Source: Macrostomum hystrix (taxonomy: Eukaryota > Animalia > Platyhelminthes). From it: 64,000 bases of DNA. Below are positions 50,101-62,566 of this stretch, one piece after another. Each line of letters begins with the position of its first letter. The first letter of the stretch is position 1. Made by a program: the position numbers and the translations under genes. Location of the stretch: positions 7,936,001-8,000,000 of the forward strand of contig CATNEN010000039.1 in NCBI GenBank assembly GCA_950097015.1, written 5' to 3'. The notes beneath the pieces were generated by a model. It saw nothing but the letters and a program-made list of their open reading frames with translations, made no database searches and had not been told where the DNA came from.

Positions 50101-53100
50101 ATCAGAATCCTAGTTGGGTCTTAGTTTGATCAGCTGCAGCCAATCAGAATCCTAGTTGGGTCTTAGTTTGATCAGCTGCAGCCAATCAGAATCCTAGTTG
50201 GGTCTTAGTTTGATCAGCTGCAGCCAATCAGAATCCTAGTTGGGTCTTAGTTTGATCAGCTGCAGCCAATCAGAATCCTAGTTGGGTCTTAGTTTAATCA
50301 GCTGCAGCCAATCAGAATCCTAGCTGGGGTTTAATTGAACGCTTTTTGGCATGTTCTTTTAATATTTTAAATTTTTATGAAAAAAGTTTTAATATAAATT
50401 TTTTTTTATTCATTGAAAATTTTTGCACGTAACTAAATACGTTTATTGTTTACTGATATTTGTATTGTTAAAAAATTATACGTGATTCTCAACCTTCATC
50501 TTCCTAGTTCTAGTCCGGCCATGAGACGTGGATTGCAGTGTACAATATTGATTACAGTAGGCAGACTTTATCTCTATGCGTGTTATGTAACACTCGAGCA
50601 GGAATTTTGTCACACCGAGCAGTTGATTGGCTTGTTTTAATCACTTTTCACTATTTAAAGAATTGACTGCCATATTAATGTGTTACAATTTGTCGATCCA
50701 AGTTTTTATTAAAAGTCAAGCTAAGAAGTTGACTGTTGTGATCATGCTGCTGTTGCTTGCTGCTGCCACAGTGTTGTCTAAGAATATATCTTAAACAGAT
50801 GAATTCAGTTACAAGCACCTGGTATTTAATGTCGTGATGCGGATGTTTAACTTAAAGTAGCTTCGTTTTAGCCATGCTTTATGTTCAGGAGGTCTTCCGT
50901 TTGTTATCCGTGCTAGTTGAATGCTATTGGTCAAAACTTTTAAATAGTGAATGACTCATCACTGGGTTATTGTGAGTGAGTCACTACTGGGTTATTGTGA
51001 GTGAGTCATTACTGGGGTATTGTCAGTGAGTCATTACTGGGTTATTGTGAGTGAGTCATTACTGGGTTATTGTGAGTGACTCATCATTAGGTTATTGTGA
51101 GTGACTCATCACTGGGTTATTGTGAGTGAGTCATTACTGGGTTATTGTGAGTGACTCATCATTAGGTTATTGTGAGTGAGTCATCACTGGGTTATTGTGA
51201 GTGAGTCATTACTGTGTTATTGTGAGTGAGTCATTACTGGGTTATTGTGAGTGATTCATTACTGGGTTATTGTGAGACTCATCACCGGGTTATTGTGAGT
51301 GACTCAACAGTGTGTTATTGTGAGTGACTTATCACTGGTTTATTGTGAGTGAGTCATTACTGGGTTATTGTGAGTGACTCATCATTAGGTTATTGTGAGT
51401 GACTCATCAGTGTGTTATTGTGAGTGACTCATCATTGGGTTATTGTGAGTGACTCATCAGTGTGTTATTGTGAGTGACCCATCAGTGTGTTATTGTGAGT
51501 GACTCATCATTGGGTTATTGTGAGTGACTCATCAGTGTGTTATTGTGAGTGACTCATCATTGGGTTATTGTGAGTGAGTCATTACTGGGTTATTGTGAGT
51601 GATTCATTTCTGGGTTATTGTGAGTGATTCATTACTGGGTTATTGTGAGTGATTCATTACTGGTTTATTGTGAGTGAGTCATTACTGGGTTATTGTGAGT
51701 GATTCATTACTGGGTTATTGTGAGACTCATCACTGGGTTATTGTGAGTGACTCAACAGTGTGGTATTGTGAGTGACTCATCACTGGTTTATTGTGAGTGA
51801 GTCATTACTGGGTTATTGTGAGTGATTCATTACTGGGTTATTGTGAGTGATTCATTACTGGGTTATTGTGAGTGATTCATTACTGGGTTATTGTGAGTGA
51901 TTCATTACTGGGTTATTGTGAGTGATTCATTACTGGGTTATTGTGAGTGATTCATTACTGGGTTATTGTGAGTGATTCATTACTGGGTTATTGTGAGTGA
52001 TTCATTTCTGGGCTATTGTGAGTGATTCATTACTGGGTTATTGTGAGTGATTCATTACTGGGTTACTGTGAGTGATTCATTACTGGGTTATTGTGTGATT
52101 CATTACTGGGTTATTGTGAGTGAGTCATTACTGGGTTATTGTGAGTGAGTCATTACTGGGTTATTGTGAGTGACTCATCATTAGGTTATTGTGGGTGACT
52201 CATCAGTGTGTGACCCATTAGTGTGTTATTGTGAGTGACTCATCACTGGTTTATTGTGGGTGACTCATCAGTGTGTTATTGTGAGTGACTCATCACTGGT
52301 TTATTGTGAGTGATTCATTTCTGGGTTATTGTGAGTGATTCATTACTGGGTTATTGTGAGTGATTCATTTCTGGGTTATTGTGAGTGAGTCATTACTGGG
52401 TTATTGTGAGTGACTCATCATTAGGTTATTGTGAGTGACTCATCAGTGTGCTATTCTGAGTGACTCATCAGTGTGCTATTGTGAGTGACTCATCAGTGTG
52501 TTATTGTGAGTGACTCATCACTGGTTTATTGTGGGTGACTCATTAGTGTGTTATTGTGAGTGACTCATCACTGGTTTATTGTGGGTGACTCATTAGTGTG
52601 TTATTGTGAGTGACTCATCACTGGTTTATTGTGGGTGACTCATTAGTGTGTTATTGTGAGTGACTCATCACTGGTTTATTGTGGGTGACTCATTAGTGTG
52701 TTATTGTGAGTGACTCATCACTGGTTTATTGTGGGTGAGTCATTACTTGTTTATTGTGAGTGACTCATCACTGGTTTATTGTGAGTGACTCATCAGTGTG
52801 CTATTCTGAGTGACTCATCAGTGTGCTATTGTGAGTGACTCATCAGTGTGTTATTGTGAGTGACTCATCACTGGTTTATTGTGGGTGACTCATTAGTGTG
52901 TTATTGTGAGTGACTCATCACTGGTTTATTGTGGGTGACTCATTAGTGTGTTATTGTGAGTGACTCATCACTGGTTTATTGTGGGTGACTCATTAGTGTG
53001 TTATTGTGAGTGACTCATCACTGGTTTATTGTGGGTGACTCATTAGTGTGTTATTGTGAGTGACTCATCACTGGTTTATTGTGGGTGAGTCATTACTTGT

Positions 53101-55297
53101 TTATTGTGAGTGACTCATCACTGGTTTATTGTGGGTGAGTCATTACTTGTTTATTGTGAGTGACTCATCACTGGTTTATTGTGGGTGACTCATCAGTGTG
53201 TTATTGTGAGTGACTCATCACTGGTTTATTGTGGGTGAGTCATTACTTGTTTATTGTGAGTGACTCATCACTGGTTTATTGTGGGTGACTCATTAGTGTG
53301 TTATTGTGAGTGACTCATCACTGGTTTATTGTGGGTGAGTCATTACTTGTTTATTGTGAGTGACTCATCACTGGTTTATTGTGGGTGACTCATCAGTGTG
53401 TTATTGTGAGTGACTCATCACTGGTTTATTGTGGGTGAGTCATTACTTGTTTATTGTGAGTGACTCATCACTGGTTTATTGTGGGTGACTCATTAGTGTG
53501 TTATTGTGAGTGACTCATCACTGGTTTATTGTGGGTGAGTCATTACTTGTTTATTGTGAGTGACTCATCACTGGTTTATTGTGGGTGACTCATCAGTGTG
53601 TTATTGTGAGTGACTCATCACTGGTTTATTGTGGGTGAGTCATTACTTGTTTATTGTGAGTGACTCATCCATGTGTAATTGTGAGACACTTCTCTGGGTG
53701 TAAGAGTGAGTGACTCATCACTTGTTATTTTGTTATTGGGAGGGACTCATCGCCATGTCAGTTTTTCTTTATTCATTGTGAATATCGCTTGCCTCGCTAT
53801 CCTTGTAAAATTGTATTTAACTATTATCATAACATTGACCTGCACCTTTCTTATACCTATAGTCGTAAAAGGCTGGATAAGCAATATATCTATCGTTTCG
53901 ATGTGTCTGAAGTAAGCCGCATTTATAAAATGTATTTCATTTAACTTTACCAATGAACCAGTAGCAGTACAACTAATTTAATATATATTGTTTGGCTTAG
54001 AGCTGTGACCGCTTTGCTGTTTTAAAGCCTTGTTTAACTGTACTCGTAACTAACATGCTGTTAAATTAAGTGAAATTATTATCTTTACCTTCATTTATGT
54101 AATCTCTTTTACATTAAGCTCTGTCCATGATTTATTAAATTTAATATTATGTATAACTTCCATTATTGATTCGTTAAAATATATTGGTACCCACTGTACC
54201 CTATAAGCCTCTGCTGTGAAGTGACATTTTCAAACTATAGGTCAAATTAGAAGATATTTCATGCTAACTAGTAATAGGCGACAAGACCAATTGAAAGTGA
54301 AAATAAAAAAGGACAACATAAAAATGTCCCACCTCGCTCCATGAGAAGAGGGGCAGAGAATGCGGGTGTGAAAGCCTCAGGCGGAGGCCTGGTTTACACC
54401 GATCAATAAATCGATGGGAGAGAGAATGCAGGCCAAATTGCGCGAATGAGGGGGTATGGAAAAATCGATAATAGATTGTGTAAACAGGGGGGGGCTAGAC
54501 AAAGCGTGCTCACTGCACAGTAAATAGGATTGGCTGATTGATTAGCACATTTCCACGACAAGTAGCTTTATTTTTCATTGAATTTGTCTAACTCTTGCCA
54601 TGGTTAATACACTAGTAGTAATCTTTTATGCATTCTACTTCAAGTAGTTGGTCAATTTTTGTTAAAAAATAACTTTTTTTTTACCTGAAAATTCCGAATT
54701 GACTCAGTTTTTACGAGTTGACGTAGCAAGTTGCTTCAGTTTGTTTTTGTAGATTTTTTCTTGTTTTTAATTACATTATTCCTTTTGTTGTTGCCGCCAT
54801 TAAAAATAATTAATTTACTAGCAGATCAGGATCTGCTATTTGAAAGTGAAGCGACTCTCGCACAAGTGGTCCTGAGTTCGAATCCCTCCGCGGCCACATA
54901 GCAAATCCGCTCACCATACAGCTTGCTTTCTGCAGTTTTTTTAAACTAACTTTCAACACCTCCGAAACACCAGGTGCGAGCCATCGCTCCTGAATGGTAC
55001 GACAATCTACCGTGTCACAACTCGTGGACCCGGGTGCTGTACGACTTTGTCACCGACCCCGAAATCGGTCCCTACGCCAGGGTGAAGCGTCCCAGCCCGG
55101 ACGTGTTAACCGCAGCCAGCATCCCAGCTAACGGCGATATCGACGAAGACGTGCGACGGCGCTATTCGCCAATGCTCCAGCCGGACTACTCGCGGGCCAG
55201 TGCCGCTGTCAAGACCCGTCACCTAGGCAACGGCAGCAGTAAAAATAACAACAACAATGTCTCCAACGGTAACGGGGTCGCCAAGAAAAGCGAGTGA
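47121..55297 (+). CDS. DEGS1: Sphingolipid delta(4)-desaturase (dihydroceramide desaturase, DES1/DEGS family)
   Basis: Exons 47121-47202, 47758-48506, 54974-55297. N-terminus [38 protein letters not shown]; His boxes HEISH, HLEHH, HNEHH; [19 protein letters not shown]; C-terminal [15 protein letters not shown]...IGPYARVKR. Confidence 0.96.
47265..47728. repeat. 46-bp intronic minisatellite (CATTCCTTGCATGTACTCTCTTCCCCGACTGATGAAACACCCACCC)n
   Basis: Fills DEGS intron 1; homologous to the 44315-44742 unit. Confidence 0.94.
48615..50325. repeat. 42-bp intronic minisatellite (CAGCTGCAGCCAATCAGAATCCTAGTTGGGTCTTAGTTTGAT)n
   Basis: About 40 units in DEGS intron 2. Confidence 0.97.
50946..53720. repeat. 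25-bp intronic minisatellite (GTGAGTGACTCATCACTGGGTTATT)n with higher-order structure
   Basis: About 110 units in DEGS intron 2; alternating variants in the 3' half. Confidence 0.96.
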
Positions 55298-56361
55298 TTT
55301 GACAGGCCGAGTCACAGATGGCATCTTCTGCTATATCTACTGTGCTTATCTCGATCAATTACAATTCTATCTTGTTTATCGTTTCCTTTAAGAATTTCAG
55401 TCTCCTAAACACGCAGATTGATTAGCACCTCGCTTTTACCTAACTGGCTTGCCACGTGCATAAATAATGTATGCTATCTATACAATTCTGCACATCTTTC
55501 TATTGCTTATATCTGTGCATGTACCTTATGATTACATTGCTGCTATTAGCTTGCGAGTTCGCTTCTCTTGTCAATCCAACTGTGGTTTAGGCCAGTTCCT
55601 TTTAGATTTTTTCCTAATTCTCCTATGTTCTACATCTGGGTTTGTAGTTTGACGTGTTCTGTTTTATTTCAGTTCTTTTTGTAACGTCAAACTGCTGTCG
55701 GATTTCTTGTAAAACTTTTTAATTCTTTTTGTTTTCAAATTGGCGCCAAAAGTTTAAAACAAATTAGTTTTCAATTATTAGTCGACGCCTTTTACTGCAA
55801 TGAAAGCAGAAAGATCCACTTCAGTCTTTGCATGCTGATTTCCAGTATTGCTTTAGATTCCGCACCTAGCTCTGTATCCTCCACTCCGCCACCTTTGGAT
55901 ATTTGTTATTAGATCGCAAGCATTACATCAGCTCGCTCGTTATTGTCGTCTTTTTTCAATTTTTTCCAACTTTCTAAACACTCGAATTGTTAATGATAAT
56001 CTGCTTCACAATTTTTATACTTTGCTTTGTTTGTCTCTGGTTTTTTATTTGAAGTTCTTTAATCTATAATATTAGACCGAATGCTAACCTGAGCTGATAA
56101 TACTCGTCTAGCGGTAACTATTGTCTCAGTCTCGACTGCTTGTCTAATTATTTATTAATATTTCAATGTGTCTTTTGTCAACCAAGAAGCGAAAACAAAA
56201 ATTCTATTAAATAGAAATTAATGTTTTTTTCCACATCACTTTTTAGCAGGGAAGGTTAACAACAATTAGGCCAGGTCTGGTGTAATTGGATTAATATTGT
56301 GTCCTTGTTGAGTTTTTTAACAAAGCTCTGCAGTAAAACAATTTAAAAAACGATTCTGAAA

Positions 56362-57335
56362 CACACTCCACCCTAAACCGCTCCAACAACACCCTAAACC
56401 ACTTCAAAACTCCACCCTAAACCACTCCAACACTCCACCCTAAACCACCCCAAAACTCCACCCCAACCACCCCAAAACTCCACTCCAACACCCCACCCTA
56501 AACCACCCCAAAACTCCACTCCAACACCTCACCCTAAACCACCCCAAAACTCCACTCCAACACCCCACCCTAAACCACCCCAAAACTCCACTCCAACACC
56601 CCACCCTAAACCACCCCAAAACTCCACTCCAACACCTCACCCTAAACCACCCCAAAACTCCACTCCAACACCCCACCCTAAACCACCCCAAAACTCCACT
56701 CCAACACCCCACCCTAAATCACCCCAAAACTCCACTCCAACACCCCACCCTAAACCACCCCAAAACTCCACTCCAACACCCCACCCTAAACCACCCCAAA
56801 ACTCCACTCCAACACCCCACCCTAAACCACCCCAAAACTCCACTCCAACACCCCACCCTAAACCACCCCAAAACTCCACTCCAACACCCCACCCTAAACC
56901 ACCCCAAAACTCCACTCCAACACCCCACCCTAAACCACCCCAAAACTCCACTCCAACACCCCACCCTAAACCACCCCAAAACTCCACCCCAACCACCCCA
57001 AAACTCCACTCCAACACCCCACCCTAAACTATTCCAAAACTCCACCCTAAAACTCCACTCCAACACCCCACCCTAAACCACCCCAAAACTCCACCCCAAA
57101 ACTCCACTCCAACACGTCACCCTAAACTATTCCAAAACTCCACCCAACCACCCCAAAACTCCACTCCGACACTTCACCCTAAACTATTCCAAAACTCCAC
57201 CCTAAACCACTCAGACACTCCGCCCTAAACCACTCCAACAGCACCCTAAACCACTCCAACGGCACCCTAAACCACTCCAACACTACACCTTAAATCACTC
57301 CAACACCACCCTTAACCACTCAAAAACTCCACCCT
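56362..57335. repeat. 36-bp C-rich minisatellite (CCACCCTAAACCACCCCAAAACTCCACTCCAACACC)n
   Basis: Period of 36 in the core, decaying to about 18-20-bp subunits at both edges. Confidence 0.95.
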
Positions 57336-58284
57336 ACACGTGGACTCTCGTACAAGGGGCATCGTTTTCGACCAGTCAATTTCGTGTGAGATTATTTTTA
57401 TGTGATAGCGGTTAAAAATGGAAAGTGGTCACACACATGTACAAGAGTGTCCATGTTTTATGATACGCAGTATTGACGCTTATCGCGTATACGCGTACAT
57501 GATTGCGCAACGAATCTGTTGCTATTCTGCTGACGTACGTCACTAACCTGCAATCTAACCCGCAATGTACAACTTGTTGTAAAGCAGCACAGGCTTTGTA
57601 TCTGTAGCAAGGAATTCCAAATTCTAACAAATTCTAAATATCTGGCCTGTACAGAATATTGGCAGCGGCTGCAGACACTCAGGAAGCCTTCTAGCTATTT
57701 GGTTGCTGTGATTTTTGATTAGCGAAGCGACTTATTAAGCTACCTGATTTGTACTCGTACGACCATGGAGCTGTGCCCTCTTATAAGCAGCCTGAAAACA
57801 ACCATACAGTCTATGGACTGGGGAGAATGCTGCAAACAAAAATGTATCAACAGCAGTCTATAAACTTGAGAAGACAGAAACTAAAAATTGGTATTTTTTA
57901 AACGGGTTTTAAACCAGGCCTTTTATATTTTAAATAATAGTCGTAAATGAACTGAGAAGACAACGAAATTCTCACGCATGTCGGAATAAATCATAAATTA
58001 TGATGTAGAGAAATTGGCTACTTTACGAGCGCTGACAGAAAAAAACTGTTTGAGAGATGAGTCGGAGATTCAAAATCACAAAACAGTGTTTTCCACTTAG
58101 TAAAATGCAGCTCCTGCGCTTTAGCACAATATACTTTATCAGCGATTTTTAACCGCTTCAAGCGCGACTAAAGAATGAAAAATATTTGTAAACCCTGTGG
58201 GCAGTGGAAGTAAAATAATGAAATACTGAATAAACTGGTGCAGCCCCGGAACCGAGGTAGCCAGTTAGTCATGTGACGGTGTAC

Positions 58285-58875
58285 TCAGGCCCAGTACACC
58301 GGGTGGTGGCTGGCACCAACCTTCAGGGCAGCCTGGCACACCGGGCAGGCGAACACGGCAGCTCCGGCGTCAGCCGCCTTCGCCTCCACCGCGGCCAGAC
58401 AAATCGAGCAGAACAGGTGACCGCAGTAGGCCGACACCAGCCGCTTGTTGTCGGCGATGTCTGCGAACGAGTCCAGACTGTCCAGACAGACCGGACAGCT
58501 GGGCGGCGTCAGATGATGGTGTCGGGCGCGCTTCGGCTGCCCCTGATCGCCTGCCTCGGCGGTGCTGTCCGCGTTGTTGCCATGACGACGCTTGGCTGCG
58601 GCAATGTCGGCGTTCTCGCTATTGGCTGCGCTGTGGCGGCTTTCGATCTCTGCTGCTGGGGGTTTCGAATTGCGCGGCTGGCGTCGTTGCCGCTGACGCT
58701 GCTGCTGCTGCTGCTGTGCAGACTCGACAAAGACTCGGTTGGCACCTGGAGGAACCTCAACAGTTGTCGGCGTTGAAGCCGCTGGCTCTTGCGGCGGCTG
58801 CTGCCGGCTGCGGCTGCGCAGGTGCATTCTAGCCGGGGGCCGCGACTGGCCATTGGACGAGCCGCCCTGTGACGC
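58285..58875 (-). CDS. C3HC4 RING-finger protein, RNF4-like C-terminal RING
   Basis: Exon starts after TATTTATTCTTGCAG; RING CPVC...CGHLFCSIC...CPVC at the extreme C-terminus followed by HHPVYWA, as in RNF4-type ligases. Start codon unresolved. Confidence 0.82.
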   Translation of the reverse strand, partial: ASQGGSSNGQSRPPARMHLRSRSRQQPPQEPAASTPTTVEVPPGANRVFVESAQQQQQQRQRQRRQPRNSKPPAAEIESRHSAANSENADIAAAKRRHGNNADSTAEAGDQGQPKRARHHHLTPPSCPVCLDSLDSFADIADNKRLVSAYCGHLFCSICLAAVEAKAADAGAAVFACPVCQAALKVGASHHPVYWA

Positions 58876-59673
58876 CTGCAAGAATAAATATCGAGCTGGG
58901 TCAACAGCGAGAGCAACTATACCTCTGTAGTGTAATCTAGATGCCTCGTCATATTATCAGGCCTTGTTAGACAGCCAAGTTTGGGAACTAGCTGTGAAAC
59001 ATTTTTCTCGGAACAAAAACTAATTGGAAATTATATTCTACAGAATAAATTAATCAATTAGGCTGTAAACATTGATGCTTAAATAATTGAATTTCCTGAC
59101 GCCGATTTCCTGATTCCTGATACCTTCCCACAAAGTAGAGAGGCCTTCGTACCGTTGACCCCTCCCCCAGAATTATTTTGTCAAGAATTTATACTTATGG
59201 TCCTTATCAGGAGAAATTCACTCTTAAGCCCCAGGGTTATCTACCTGAGCTCAGGTACTATCTACCTGAGTTTGATGATAATTAGAATCGGAGATAATTG
59301 GAGGTTAATTAGCCAGCTCAAATTAGATAAGAACACCTCAAACCTGCCAGCAGCTAAATGTTTCAAAAATAGAACAAGCTCCACCAAACATTAATTGACG
59401 ATACCTGAGTCAATGAAAGCAGATGAATTAGCACAGTTGGGGTTTGTATTTGAGCAGTTAATACGTTACGCACAGCAAAAAAACGAAATTAAAGAGATGG
59501 TCAAATAAACAGCAGGCTTGAAAATAAGCACATTAGAAAATGCTATCGCTGAGCTAACGAATGCAAAGGCACCGAAATGCAAAAAAATGGCTTCCGTCAG
59601 TTTGACTGAGCTTCCGTCAGTTTCCAATAGAAAAGAAGCGGCAATGCCGACTCAGAGGTGGCGACACTCAGGC

Positions 59674-59982
59674 CTAGTACACCGGCGGGTGGTGGCTGGC
59701 ACCGACCTTCAGGGCAGCCAGGCAAACCGGGCAGGCGAACTCGGCTGCCCCTGATCGCATTCCTCGGCGGTGCTGTCGCCTTGGATTCTTCTGCTGTCGC
59801 CTTGGATTCTTCTGCTGTCGCCTTGGATTCTTCTGCTGTCGCCTTGGATTCTTCTGCTGTCGCCTTGGATTCTTCTGCTGTCGCCTTGGATTCTTCTGCT
59901 GTTGCCTTGGATTCCTGTGCTGTCGCCTTGGATTCCTCTGCAGCCGCCGTGAACGTCGCGATGGAGGCTGTAAACTACACGC
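59674..59982 (-). pseudogene. Rearranged tandem duplicate of the RING exon (internal deletion plus 21-bp repeat expansion); reading frame still open
   Basis: 59665-59777 aligns with 58284-58359 fused to 58533-58569; only the last CPVC of the RING remains; about 8 copies of GCCTTGGATTCTTCTGCTGTC (minus-strand NPRRQQK). Confidence 0.7.
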
Positions 59983-60084
59983 CTGCAGAAACGGCAAACT
60001 CGTCGGAGGCATCTGATGGCTGGCAGAACCCAGCAGAGACTGCAGCAGATTGCCCTGCGAAAGCCATTGTGGGCTGGCGGTTAT

Positions 60085-62082
60085 AATCTACCTGAAATTT
60101 GACCAGCCCTACTATCTACCTGAGATTTGAACAACCCTACTATCTACCTGAGATTTGAACAACCCTACTATCTACCTGAGATTTGACCAGCCCTACAATC
60201 TACCTGAGATTTGAACAACCCTACTATCTACCTGAAATTTGACCAGCCCTACTATCTACCTGAGATTTGACCAACCCTACTATCTACCTGAGATTTGAAC
60301 AACCCTACTATCTACCTGAGATTTGAACAACCCTACTATCTACCTGAGATTTGACCAGCCCTACAATCTACCTCAGATTTGAACAACCCTACTATCTACC
60401 TGAAATTTGACCAGCCCTACTATCTACCTGAGATTTGAACAACCCTACTATCTACCTGAGATTTGACCAGCCCTACTATCTACCTGAGATTTGACCAGCC
60501 CTACTATCTACCTGAGATTTGAACAACCCTACTATCTACCTGAGATTTGACCAGCCCTACTATCTACCTGAGATTTGAACAACCCTACTATCTACCTGAG
60601 ATTTGAACAACCCTACTATCTACCTGAGATTTGACCAGCCCTACTATCTACCTGAGATTTGAACAACCCTACTATCTACCTGAAATTTTACCAACCCTAC
60701 TGTCTACCTGAGATTTGACCAACCCTACTATCTACCTGAGATTTGAACAGCCCTACTATCTACCTGAGATTTGAACAACCCTACTATCTACCTGAGATAT
60801 GACCAGCCCTATTCTCTACCTGAAACATGAACAACCCTACTATCTACCTGAGATTTGACCAGCCCTAGTCTCTACCTGAAACATGAACAACCCTACTATC
60901 TACCTGAGATTTGACCAGCCCTATTCTCTACCTGAAACATGAACAACCCTACTATCTACCTGAGATTTGACCAGCCCTATTCTCTACCTGAAACATGAAC
61001 AACCCTACTATCTACCTGAGATTTGACCAGCCCTATTCTCTACCTGAAACATGAACAACCCTACTATCTACCTGAGATTTGACCAGCCCTATTCTCTACC
61101 TGAAACATGAACAACCCTACTATCTACCTGAGATATGACCAGCCCTATTCTCTACCTGAAACATGAACAACCCTACTATCTACCTGAGATTTGACCAGCC
61201 CTATTCTCTACCTGAAACATGAACAACCCTACTATCTACCTGAGATATGACCAGCCCTAGTCTCTACCTGAAACATGAACAACCCTACTATCTACCTGAG
61301 ATATGACCAGCCCTATTCTCTACCTGAAACATGAACAACCCTACTATCTACCTGAGATTTGACCAGCCCTATTCTCTACCTGAAACATGAACAACCCTAC
61401 TATCTACCTGAGATATGACCAGCCCTATTCTCTACCTGAAACATGAACAACCCTACTATCTACCTGAGATATGACCAGCCCTATTCTCTACCTGAAACAT
61501 GAACAACCCTACTATCTACCTGAGATTTGACCAGCCCTATTCTCTACCTGAAACATGAACAACCCTACTATCTACCTGAGATTTGACCAGCCCTATTCTC
61601 TACCTGAAACATGAACAACCCTACTATCTACCTGAGATATGACCAGCCCTAGTCTCTACCTGAAACATGAACAACCCTACTATCTACCTGAGATATGACC
61701 AGCCCTATTCTCTACCTGAAACATGAACAACCCTACTATCTACCTGAGATATGACCAGCCCTATTCTCTACCTGAAACATGAACAACCTTACTATCTACC
61801 TGAGATATGACCAGCCCTATTCTCTACCTGAAACATGAACAACCTTACTATCTACCTGAGATTTGACCAGCCCTAGTCTCTACCTGAAACATGAACAACC
61901 CTACTATCTACCTGAGATATGACCAGCCCTATTCTCTACCTGAAACATGAACAACCTTAGTCTCTACCTGAGATATGACCAGCCCTAGTCTCTACCTGAA
62001 ACATGAACAACCCTACTATCTACCTGAGATATGACCAGCCCTATTCTCTACCTGAAACATGAACAACCTTAGTCTCTACCTG
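60085..62082. repeat. 28-bp minisatellite (CTACTATCTACCTGAGATTTGACCAGCC)n becoming a 56-bp dimer
   Basis: Monomers to about 60780, then strict alternation with CTATTCTCTACCTGAAACATGAACAACC. Confidence 0.97.
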
Positions 62083-62566
62083 TTTTAAATCTTTCTTAGA
62101 ATTAAAAAGACAAGTTGTTGTTGAAATTGTTTTAAATGTTTGCTTAAAATGTATTATTTTCATTGGCGCATGCAAGCCTGCATAAAATTGACAGAACATT
62201 AGTCATTTCTTTCAGCTATTTTCAATACGAAGGCAATTTATTGGCCACAAAGGCTAATCAAAATCTAACAAATTTAGATCAATTTATAACAAATCTGATT
62301 TTGTCAATTGACAGCAGTTGACACTAATTCATTTTTACACAGACTATTTATAGCAGAGAGTAGTGAAGCAAGAGAAATCAAGAGCGAAAATATTTGCACA
62401 AGAAATGGCAGTAGAAGGTTTAGCTAAATCCAGGTGTCAATGGTGACACGTCAAATTGAAAATGACAAGGGCAACTCAAGTTGAAAAAGATGGATAACAA
62501 TTCGCTAAGGGCTAAATTGCAGAGCTGAGTTTCCTATAAAAACCTTGGACTTTAAAGCAAAAAAAG

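Noticed and set aside
54850-54900. tRNA-like T-arm GAGTTCGAATCCCTCCGCGGCCA
   Set aside because: Only the 3' half is present, with no D-arm or acceptor-stem partner; at most a SINE fragment.
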